From Candidatus Eremiobacteria bacterium (GTDB taxonomy: Bacteria; Vulcanimicrobiota; Vulcanimicrobiia; Vulcanimicrobiales; Vulcanimicrobiaceae), in assembly GCA_963758295.1 (NCBI GenBank), contig CAVWUU010000001.1, positions 256,001 to 320,000 on the forward strand: a stretch of DNA of 64,000 nucleotides. The letters run 5' to 3'. A program made the translations under genes and the position numbers. The notes beneath the pieces are model-generated. The model was not told the origin of the DNA and made no database searches. It saw only the letters and a list, made by a program, of their open reading frames with translations. Positions 30,170 to 38,238 of this stretch are shown here, one piece after another. Position 1 is the stretch's first letter, and each line of letters starts with the position of its first letter.

Positions 30170-30725
30170 GGCGCGCTTTTACCGCCGGCCATTCGCTTGC
30201 GATAACACTGTAGAAAGCAACGTCGCGTAGTTCGCCGGAGCGGGGGACGATGCGGAAGCTTCGCATCGTCCCCTCAAACGTAGCGCCGATTCCGAGCATC
30301 GCGTTACGCGACCGGACGTTTATGGCTTCGCCTTTGAGCTGAACGCGAACCGCGTCCCACTCTTCGAAGGCATACCGGAGCAACAGGTATTTGCAGTGCG
30401 CGTTCACGTGCGTGCGCCAGTATTCTCGCGCGATGAACGTCCATCCAATTTCGAGCTTTCGGTGTTCGGGGTGGATGTCCAAGTACCGCGTGGAGCCGAT
30501 GGCTTGACCGGAGGCGACGTCGACGATGGCAAATGGAACGTGATCGCTTTCCAGCGCTTCGCGCAGCCACTCTTCCGCGCCGTCATTCGCCGCGAAAGGA
30601 TTGTTTTGAAAGGTGAACTCCCAAAGAGCCGGATCGTTCCCGATCTTTGCGATGGCGGCCAGATGGGATGCGGCGAGCGGCTCGAGACGCATTCGATCTG
30701 TTGCCAGGACGATGTTGCGGTTCAT
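30132..30725 (-). CDS. RimJ/RimL-type GNAT N-acetyltransferase
   Basis: IGSTRY, LEIGWTF, KYLLLRYAFE, N.RSR.A...GATFEG. Confidence 0.9.
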   Translation of the reverse strand: MNRNIVLATDRMRLEPLAASHLAAIAKIGNDPALWEFTFQNNPFAANDGAEEWLREALESDHVPFAIVDVASGQAIGSTRYLDIHPEHRKLEIGWTFIAREYWRTHVNAHCKYLLLRYAFEEWDAVRVQLKGEAINVRSRNAMLGIGATFEGTMRSFRIVPRSGELRDVAFYSVIASEWPAVKARLTDRILGSRAAG

Positions 30726-30759
30726 GTACGCTCATTTGAGCACATGAGGACAATAGGGA

Positions 30760-31677
30760 TTAACGCAAGAGCGGAAGCCGCGCGGTGAAAGACGCGCCCG
30801 GTGCGTCTTCGTCGAGAACGAGCAGGCCGTCGTGCGCGCTCGCGACCCAGCGCGCGATGGCAAGACCTAGACCCGTTCCCTGCGTCCGATCGTTTCCGCG
30901 AACGAAACGCTCGAAGATCCGCTCGCGGTCAGCCGGCGCAACGCCGCTGCCGTCGTCGGCGACGCAAAGCACTGCGCGTCCGTCGTCGCTGGTACATTGA
31001 ACCGTGATGCGTGAGCGGGCATGGCGCAACGCGTTCTCCAGGAGATTTCGAACGAGTTCGCGCAGGCGCCGACCGTCGCCGTTAATGATTGCGGATTGCA
31101 CGGTTGCATCGATCGTGATAGCGGAGGCTTCTGCACGCGGTTCGAATTCGCGCAGGCAGGCATGCACGACGGCGGCTAGATCGACCGGCTCGCAAGCAAG
31201 GAGTTTCGCATTCGGAGTTCGCGCTAACGTCAATAGGTCGCCGATGAGCTGGCTCGCGTCGATCGCCGTGGTCGAAATCAATGCGAACGCTTCACGCGTC
31301 CGCGAATCGGCGCTTTGCGATGCACTCGCTTGTGCAACGGAGGATATCGTTGAAAGCGGCGAGCGCAATTCGTGCGCAGCATCGGCAAGAAAGGTTTTTT
31401 CTCGAGCGCGGGCTTCGAGCAGCGGCGAAAGCGAGAGTCTTGCGAGGAACGCGGAAGCAATGCCTACCAGAATGAGCAGCGGCACGTCGAACAACACGAT
31501 CGTGAGCGCGACGCGGCGCAGGGCGTTATCGTAGGCAACGTGTCCTTCCGGCGTGCTTAACGCGGGAAGCAACAAACTGTGATATTGGCCTCCGATGAAA
31601 AAATACGCAGCAACGGAAAGCGCAGCCAGAACGATTGCGAAGATGACGAGATACAGGGCGGTCAGTCGCGCGATCAC
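30760..31677 (-). CDS. Sensor histidine kinase
   Basis: Two TM helices, FLADAAHELRSPL H-box, NLLENALRH, DDGSG, GTGLGL. Confidence 0.93.
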   Translation of the reverse strand: MIARLTALYLVIFAIVLAALSVAAYFFIGGQYHSLLLPALSTPEGHVAYDNALRRVALTIVLFDVPLLILVGIASAFLARLSLSPLLEARAREKTFLADAAHELRSPLSTISSVAQASASQSADSRTREAFALISTTAIDASQLIGDLLTLARTPNAKLLACEPVDLAAVVHACLREFEPRAEASAITIDATVQSAIINGDGRRLRELVRNLLENALRHARSRITVQCTSDDGRAVLCVADDGSGVAPADRERIFERFVRGNDRTQGTGLGLAIARWVASAHDGLLVLDEDAPGASFTARLPLLR

Positions 31678-32342
31678 GCCGTCAACTTATACCCGATGCC
31701 CCAAACGGTTTGAATCACGCGATCCGCGCCTGCGGCCTTTAGCTTACGGCGCAGCTGACTAACGTAGACATCCACGATGTTGCTCGATCCGTCGAATTCG
31801 TAATCCCAAACGTGCTCCAGCAGCTGAGCCCGCGTAAACGCAATGTCGGCGTTGCGCGCGAGAAACTCCAGCAGCCGGAATTCTGTAGTCGCAAGTTGGA
31901 GCGGCCTGCCGGCAAACGCCGCCGTGCGCGCGGCTAGATCGATTGAAAGGCTGCCGCGCTGAAGCTGCGATTCCAAGGGCCGGTTCCCGCGTCGCAGAAT
32001 CGATTTGATTCGAGCGAGGAGTTCCTGTTCCACGAACGGTTTGATGAGATAATCATCAGCGCCGCTGTCGAGGCCGTTCACGCGATCCTCAACGGCGTCA
32101 CGCGCGGTGAGCATGAGAATCGGCGTCTGGATCTTGTTTTCTCGAGCGGCCTTGGTGATCTCGAACCCGTTGCGCTTCGGCAGTCCGATATCGACGATGG
32201 CGGCATCGTAAATGCCCCGGAGCAGGTAGTCCAGACCGGTTTCACCGTCGTGCACGACGTCGACCGCGTACTTTCTCGATTCCAGCATCATACGAACGGC
32301 GCCGGCAACGGGCAGGCTATCTTCGACGATCAGAATGCGCAT
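31674..32342 (-). CDS. OmpR-family response regulator
   Basis: MRILIVED, DIGLP, LTARD, GADDYLIKPF, winged helix VDVYVSQLRRK...TVWGIGY. Confidence 0.95.
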   Translation of the reverse strand: MRILIVEDSLPVAGAVRMMLESRKYAVDVVHDGETGLDYLLRGIYDAAIVDIGLPKRNGFEITKAARENKIQTPILMLTARDAVEDRVNGLDSGADDYLIKPFVEQELLARIKSILRRGNRPLESQLQRGSLSIDLAARTAAFAGRPLQLATTEFRLLEFLARNADIAFTRAQLLEHVWDYEFDGSSNIVDVYVSQLRRKLKAAGADRVIQTVWGIGYKLTA

Positions 32343-32356
32343 CGATATTTCCTTTC

Positions 32357-33484
32357 TCATAGCTTCGGCGGCCAGGGGAATCCTACTGTCACCGCTCCGC
32401 CGAAATGTCCGTCGCCGCCGATGGTTTGGACTTGTTGGAGCAAGAAGCGCGCGTGCGGCGTGATTTGGAAAGCGCCGTAGTAGACGATGTCACGCAGAAT
32501 CGCGGGGTTTGCGGACGCGTCGTAGCGGATGCCGACGTACGAGTGGGGCGTGGGATAGAACTTCGCGCGAAGGTAGCCGCCGCTGCTCCCGACCGCCGTT
32601 CCGAATCCGTCGGCGTCGGCGTCACGTCCGAACCATTGTTCGCCCTGCAATTCGAAGCGGCCGAACTGTGCTCGGGCATAGAGGCCGCCGCGCTCGTAGA
32701 AATCGTCGAATTGGCGTCCGCCGGTCAGCAGGACGTTCCGGTCTCCTTCGAGCGCTTCGAAGCCGGCAGTGACGCCTTTGGCGATCGGACCGGAAACGAA
32801 AAGACCGGCTTCCGGAGTAACGGCATTGCTCGTTTCACCGGTGGGAACGGGAATGCCGCCGTACGGTGCGCCTTTGAATTCGGCGAGGTCGGCAACGAGA
32901 TGGATTTGTGTTTGGCCAACGGTGCGAAATGCCTCGACGCCCCAGCGCGGCGACGACAAAGGCAAATCGTTCAAGCCTACGTGCGTACCGTAATAGCCGT
33001 ACTGCTGCAAATCGTCAAGGCGCTGTCCCGGCGACTGCGGTAACGGCAGCTCGAAAAGTCCAAGACGATAAAGCGACTGGGTGTGCGCATTGTACGTCGC
33101 CACGTAGCCCATATAGAGCCCCGACGGACCGCCCGCGGCTCCCAAGTTGTAGTGTACGAACGCACTGATTTTCCCGATGTCCGCGTTGCTCAGGATTACG
33201 CCGCCGGGTTGAAACCGCCGCTGGCCCACCGGCGACTGTTCGTACTCAACTTGATAGCGCAGAGCTACAAGCGTAGTTCCGTGTTTAGGCGCAGGAAGCC
33301 GGTAGCCGTGGTCCCGGAACGAACGGCCGAAAGCATTCAGTTCGGGCAACACACTGTGGCATGCTTCGCATTGCAGCCGGTAACGTTGTGCGAAGATTGG
33401 AATTGCCTGCGCGCGTTGCATCGTCAGAACTTCAAAAAAAAGCGTGAAGTCCAAGAGCGCGATGAGTAGAGATCTATTGCGCAT
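32357..33484 (-). CDS. Cyc2-like monoheme cytochrome c fused to an outer-membrane beta-barrel
   Basis: Signal peptide then AIPIFAQRYRLQCEACHSVLPELNAFGRSFRDHGY, followed by amphipathic beta strands ending in VTVGFPW. Confidence 0.75.
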   Translation of the reverse strand: MRNRSLLIALLDFTLFFEVLTMQRAQAIPIFAQRYRLQCEACHSVLPELNAFGRSFRDHGYRLPAPKHGTTLVALRYQVEYEQSPVGQRRFQPGGVILSNADIGKISAFVHYNLGAAGGPSGLYMGYVATYNAHTQSLYRLGLFELPLPQSPGQRLDDLQQYGYYGTHVGLNDLPLSSPRWGVEAFRTVGQTQIHLVADLAEFKGAPYGGIPVPTGETSNAVTPEAGLFVSGPIAKGVTAGFEALEGDRNVLLTGGRQFDDFYERGGLYARAQFGRFELQGEQWFGRDADADGFGTAVGSSGGYLRAKFYPTPHSYVGIRYDASANPAILRDIVYYGAFQITPHARFLLQQVQTIGGDGHFGGAVTVGFPWPPKL

Positions 33485-33941
33485 CGATCTCGCCCCGCAT
33501 CATGCCGCTGTAGTGATAAAAGCAGCCGTAGAGATACACGCCGGGCCGATCTACGAGAAAGACCTGCGAGGTCTGGCCGGCCTGAAGCGATCCCGAACTC
33601 CAGCCTTGCGATGAGACGGTGTTGACCGAACTGGGAGACGTTGCCGAGAAGCCGAGCGGCGAAGCCTGCGGGAACGTAGTGCCCACCACCATCGAAGCGG
33701 TATGCACCGTGTTGTCAACGTTGACGAAGCGCACGCCGCTGCCCACAGGGACGGAAGAAACGTCGGGCGAGAACCCGAGGGCGAGACCCGCCGGTGTTTG
33801 CTGCGCGCCGAACGCCGATAAGCTGACGTCGATCGTAACGACGTTTGAAACGTTCTGGTTGCTTCCGCCTGCGGGCGTTACGCCGCCCGGCGTGCACGAT
33901 GCGACGGCCCAAACTAAAAGCGCTGCGACAAGACGCCTCAT
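33474..33941 (-). CDS. Cupredoxin (blue copper) lipoprotein
   Basis: Lipobox VASC; V.FVN.D..VHT and PGVYLYGCFYHYSGMMRG provide the His/Cys/His/Met type-1 copper ligands. Confidence 0.85.
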   Translation of the reverse strand: MRRLVAALLVWAVASCTPGGVTPAGGSNQNVSNVVTIDVSLSAFGAQQTPAGLALGFSPDVSSVPVGSGVRFVNVDNTVHTASMVVGTTFPQASPLGFSATSPSSVNTVSSQGWSSGSLQAGQTSQVFLVDRPGVYLYGCFYHYSGMMRGEIDAQ

Positions 33942-34474
33942 CGCGGCACCGCGCGAAAAACGTCATCGCTGAGGTCCGGCGAGGCAAGCAAGGTCTGCGC
34001 TAACTCGCCGCGAGCATTTAAGACGTAAACGAAGGTCGTATGCATTTCCGGAACTCCGTCGGAGCCGCGCTCCGCGACGACATTGAAGCGGCGCATGAGC
34101 GCGTGAATCGTTGAGGGATTGCCGCTCGCCAGCAGCCATCGCGGCGAACGGGCATCGAAGCGTTTTGCCAGCGCGCGCATTGTAGCGGGCGTATCGTGCT
34201 CCGGATCGAGCGTTAACGTGAGAAAGCGGACGTTCGCGGAGCGGGCTCGCGGATCGCGCGAAGCGGTTGCGATTTGTGCGTCGATCAGCGGACACGCATC
34301 GGTGCAGCGCGCGGCCACGAAGGTTACCACCACCGGCTCACCGCGCAGATCGTTCAGCGTAAACGCGTTGCCTTGCTGATCGATGAGCGGTTCTTGCGCC
34401 AATGCGCTCGGGGCAAGGACGGCGAGCGCTATTGTTGCTGCCGCCGTCCAAGCCATGCGATGAATCGCGAGCAC
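33938..34474 (-). CDS. SCO1/SenC family copper chaperone
   Basis: LIDQQG..F...LRG, CTDAC (CxxxC), TLDPEHDTP, conserved His (MHT). Confidence 0.9.
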   Translation of the reverse strand: MLAIHRMAWTAAATIALAVLAPSALAQEPLIDQQGNAFTLNDLRGEPVVVTFVAARCTDACPLIDAQIATASRDPRARSANVRFLTLTLDPEHDTPATMRALAKRFDARSPRWLLASGNPSTIHALMRRFNVVAERGSDGVPEMHTTFVYVLNARGELAQTLLASPDLSDDVFRAVPR

Positions 34475-34475
34475 G

Positions 34476-35015
34476 TTAGGGGTACGGATTGCCGCCGCCG
34501 CTGCCGCCCGTGCCGTTTCCGCCGCCGCCGGTGCCTGCGCCCTGCGCGGATGGACGTGCGGTTTGCCAAAGGCCGCCGAACTCGGTCAATCCGTTGCCCT
34601 TGTTGTCACCGGCGGCTTTGTCGCCGACGTACCCATACAGCGGCCAGCCGTTGAACGCCCATTGCAACGTTCCGTCGCTGCGCGTGATGAGCGTAAATCC
34701 GGCCGGCGCGACGGTTCCTGCGGGAGCCGTGTAAGGCGGCCAAACCCCGGTGCATCCGTTTGCACTCGAGCAGTTTGATTTGTTCGTGGTGTCCGCTTCG
34801 AAAAGGTACAGCGTCATGCCGCCGGACGTGACGAACCCGATCGAGCCGGCAACTTGCGCTTTTTGTGGGGTTGAAGCGGGCGTACCGCCGCCACCGCCCG
34901 GATTGTTGCCGCCCGGATTGGGGTTCACGCCTCCGCCGCCGCTGCTGCTTCCGCCGCCGCCGCATGCCGCCAGCGCAATGCACAGAACTACGCTCGGTAT
35001 AGTGAAAATTCGCAT
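34476..35015 (-). CDS. Lipoprotein with secreted Y-x4-D repeats (COG4315-like)
   Basis: Lipobox LAAC; GMTLYLFEAD..C...C...WPP; RSDGTLQW..NGWPLYGYVGD..AGD..G.G. Confidence 0.85.
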   Translation of the reverse strand: MRIFTIPSVVLCIALAACGGGGSSSGGGGVNPNPGGNNPGGGGGTPASTPQKAQVAGSIGFVTSGGMTLYLFEADTTNKSNCSSANGCTGVWPPYTAPAGTVAPAGFTLITRSDGTLQWAFNGWPLYGYVGDKAAGDNKGNGLTEFGGLWQTARPSAQGAGTGGGGNGTGGSGGGNPYP

Positions 35016-35084
35016 GTGTGTTTCGAACCTCCAGATTGGTATGGCTCGAAACTACGCGGCACGTGTGAAAAAAGTATAAATTTT

Positions 35085-35906
35085 TTAATGAGGAGCGGCG
35101 ATTGCGTCGCGCAATTGAATCGCAAGCTCGCGCAAAGACGAATCGTCCGTGGCGTCTTTTGCGGCGCGATCGAAGGCTGCCCGTGCGCCGGTGCGGTCGC
35201 CGTTATGCAGCAGCACGGTCCCCATTGCAAATCGCGCGCGTGCGTATGCCGGGGAAAGTTGCACGGCCGCGGTAAATTCGCGAAGCGCTTCGGCAAAATG
35301 CCCGCTCTGTGATTCGGCAACGCCCAAGTCGTAGTGCGCTACGGCGTATTGAGGATCGTTTTGCAGCAACTTCGAAAAATCTGCGCGTGCCGTTGCCGGA
35401 TCGCCGCCGTGCAAGGCGACCAGACCTCGCGAATAGAGCGCCCGGGCCGAATCGGGTGCGATCGCGATGAAGCGATCGGCGATTTTTCGCGCATCCGCCA
35501 AATCCCCGCTTGCAAGATCGACCGCGATAAGATTAGCCATTGCCGCGAGAAAACCGGGATCAAGATCGAGCGCGCGATGAAGCGACTGCGACGCGCCGGT
35601 ATTTTCACCAAGCTGCGCCTGCGCGATCGCTAGATCATACCATGCACTCGAGCCTTCCGGCTCGGGCGGATTCATCGCAACGGTTGCGAGGAATTCCGCG
35701 CGCGCTTTGTTCCAATCGCGCGCATCGATCGCGGCGAGGCCGATGTGAAATCGCTCGGCGGCTGCGCGCGCAACGGCTTGCCGGCGCAATTCAGGAATCG
35801 ACGTTGTGGAAGGAAGCGGTTTAGCCGTTTCGTACTGCGCGCGCGCGTTTACGAGGTTCGCGCCGACAGCTAGAGCGAAGACCGCAATCGTGAGTGAGAA
35901 ACGCAT
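35085..35906 (-). CDS. Secreted tetratricopeptide repeat protein
   Basis: Signal peptide from ATG 35906; repeated TPRs (AWYDLA, ALYSRG, AHYDLG). Confidence 0.88.
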   Translation of the reverse strand: MRFSLTIAVFALAVGANLVNARAQYETAKPLPSTTSIPELRRQAVARAAAERFHIGLAAIDARDWNKARAEFLATVAMNPPEPEGSSAWYDLAIAQAQLGENTGASQSLHRALDLDPGFLAAMANLIAVDLASGDLADARKIADRFIAIAPDSARALYSRGLVALHGGDPATARADFSKLLQNDPQYAVAHYDLGVAESQSGHFAEALREFTAAVQLSPAYARARFAMGTVLLHNGDRTGARAAFDRAAKDATDDSSLRELAIQLRDAIAAPH

Positions 35907-35910
35907 GCGT

Positions 35911-36165
35911 TTAATGCGAATCGACCAAGGGCAAATCCGCGCCGGTCGCAGACTTCGCGGCCGCCGCCTTTTCGGGCTTGCACTCCCATCCGACGCGGCC
36001 TTTTTCGTTGATCGGACCGAGTAGCGCCGGCGTGTCGGACGGCAGCAGGGCGTTCGCGTCAATCGTGCTCACCGATCCCGCGGCGGCAAAGCCCGCGCGC
36101 AGACTTGCCGCTCCGAGAAGCAGCAAGCCGGCTAACATGATTCGGGAAAGGGCACGCCTTGACAT
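35911..36165 (-). CDS. Small secreted hypothetical protein
   Basis: Signal-peptide-like N-terminus, GAGG SD, stop 4 nt before the TPR gene start. Confidence 0.6.
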   Translation of the reverse strand: MSRRALSRIMLAGLLLLGAASLRAGFAAAGSVSTIDANALLPSDTPALLGPINEKGRVGWECKPEKAAAAKSATGADLPLVDSH

Positions 36166-36198
36166 CACCTCGATTATAGCCCAAGTTCTGAAGAATCG

Positions 36199-37920
36199 AT
36201 GAACCGCGCTGCCGTCTTGTTGCTCGGGCTAGCGTTGCTGGGCGATGCGCCCCAGGCTTCGGCCCTCATTGCCGGGACGGTGCGGGACCAGCACGGCTCG
36301 CCGGTGGTCGCTGCCCGAGTTGCTCTCTTTTCCGGCGGCAAAGAGGTCGCCCGCGCTGTGTCGGCCTCCGACGGGACGTTCGCGGTTACCGGCGTGCCGG
36401 CCGATGCGGCGAGCATCGACTGCGATTTCTGCGAGCCCGTGCGTAAAACGATCCCGGACGACGGGATTTTGGTCGTGTTCGTACGGCGTAACGACGCCGT
36501 GACGAGCCGTTCTCCAACCCACGCGGACGTTGCCGCATTGCCGTACGCGTACGTCGAATCAACGCTCTCGCTCACGCCGTTCGTGGTTCTTAGCCAGTCG
36601 GCACGTCTTTATCCCGGTCCGCAACTCAGCGACCGGCGCAATTCTGGGACCGGCGGTCTTTTCGTCCTCAACGGCGTTCCGGATTACGATATCTCCGCCA
36701 ATATCTCGCCGTATCTTACGATTCCCGAACGCGATTTTTCGGACGTTTCGATCCAGCGCTCGAGCGATGCATACCTCTATGGTGACACGTCCAATGCCGG
36801 AACGTTCGTTGCGAGTACTACCGATGGATCGCCCTTTGCCTCCGCCGGGAGTGGGGTCGCATTTCGCGCGGCTCAAGCCGATCCAGCACTGCAGAGCAGT
36901 GCGGCGGTTTCAGACGACCGCGGCAGCGACGATCGCACGCGTGCCGACGGCAACGTGTCACTTGCGGTGCCGAACGGCTTGGTGAACGCGACGCTCGGGG
37001 CTGGACAGATCGACGCTTCGTCCGGCGCTGCGACGCTCGACTCGGAATTTTCTTCCGTGCGACTGTCCGTGCAACGCACGAGCGGCGTCGATATTACCGG
37101 CTCGTTAGTAGCGGATCGCGGAACGTATTCTTACGACTCGCCCGTGTACGACGAGGAAAGCACGTGGAGCGACGTCGACGCGCGCGGATTGATTCGTTCG
37201 CACGCGGACGTAGCGCCGTTCGCTTTGGTCGAGTTCCGGCGAAGTACGGCCCAAAGCACGCTCGGCCAAGCGCGCTTCGAAACGGGGTTCGCGATCGACC
37301 GTCCACATTGGAACGTCGTCGCAGCGCTAGGGAGCGACCAAGTTTCGTACGCGCCGTATGCCGGCGCCCCGGGAGCCCGAACGACGACGCACGACGACGT
37401 GTTTTCAACTGCATGGACGCCATCATCAAACATGTCGTGGGAGGCCAGCGTATCGAACGGCTACGTGCTGCCGGTCTTTACTTCGCTTTACGCTCCGCAG
37501 TCGCGGGCGCCGTACGTCCCATCGAATGCGACGCTCGAGTCGACGCTAACGTTGAGCGACGCACGCCGCGCACGATTCGAACTGACGGCGTTGCGTTTTA
37601 CGAGCGAAGGCGGTGAGGCTAGCGGAAGCGCGGGTGCATCGTTGGCGTGGCAGTTCACGCCGCAATTGAGCGTGCGTACATGGCTGCTTCGGATTGCCGA
37701 CAACGAGCAAGGCGCCGCCGCGGTCGGCTCGACCTGGTTCACCTACGATACCGGTGCATTGCGTATCGACGCCATCGTTCGGCGCGATTTGCGCGATTCG
37801 CAAGCCGACGCGCATCTCGATTTTTCCGTTTCCGGAAATATCAGTGGCCGGTTGCGCTGGTTCGCCGGATCGGAACGACGCAACGGCAGCCGTGCCGTCG
37901 ATGCGGGGCTACGGCTTTGA
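36199..37920 (+). CDS. Outer-membrane protein with carboxypeptidase-regulatory-like N-domain, TonB-receptor-like
   Basis: IAGTVRDQHGSPV..A.V...SASDGTF; plug-like segment; beta strands ending VDAGLRL. Confidence 0.7.
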   Translation: MNRAAVLLLGLALLGDAPQASALIAGTVRDQHGSPVVAARVALFSGGKEVARAVSASDGTFAVTGVPADAASIDCDFCEPVRKTIPDDGILVVFVRRNDAVTSRSPTHADVAALPYAYVESTLSLTPFVVLSQSARLYPGPQLSDRRNSGTGGLFVLNGVPDYDISANISPYLTIPERDFSDVSIQRSSDAYLYGDTSNAGTFVASTTDGSPFASAGSGVAFRAAQADPALQSSAAVSDDRGSDDRTRADGNVSLAVPNGLVNATLGAGQIDASSGAATLDSEFSSVRLSVQRTSGVDITGSLVADRGTYSYDSPVYDEESTWSDVDARGLIRSHADVAPFALVEFRRSTAQSTLGQARFETGFAIDRPHWNVVAALGSDQVSYAPYAGAPGARTTTHDDVFSTAWTPSSNMSWEASVSNGYVLPVFTSLYAPQSRAPYVPSNATLESTLTLSDARRARFELTALRFTSEGGEASGSAGASLAWQFTPQLSVRTWLLRIADNEQGAAAVGSTWFTYDTGALRIDAIVRRDLRDSQADAHLDFSVSGNISGRLRWFAGSERRNGSRAVDAGLRL

Positions 37921-38201
37921 TTCGAGCCAGTAGTAGTTGCGCATAATTTCGTCAGCCCATTGCGGCCGGCGCGCGGCGGTTTCGACATCGTCTTGGCTCA
38001 TTTCACGTAACTAAAAGATCACTGCGAGGTGCGAAAGCCCGACCGGTGTCAAGGTGACCGGCTGAAGTTTTTCCATAGTTGCTATTCCGAGAATGACGAG
38101 AGAAAGGAGCGTTCCGCCGATGTAGTGACCGCTCTGCGTTGCGAAGATCCCGTCGAGCAACATATAGCCGCCGGCAAGCAATGCGCATAGCCGTGAAATG
38201 G

Positions 38202-38232
38202 AACGGCCCGCCGGATTCCGGCGGGCCGTTTT
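38202..38232. terminator. Hairpin terminator downstream of pnp
   Basis: 13-bp inverted repeat AACGGCCCGCCGG-ATT-CCGGCGGGCCGTT. Confidence 0.7.
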
Positions 38233-38238
38233 GGCGAG

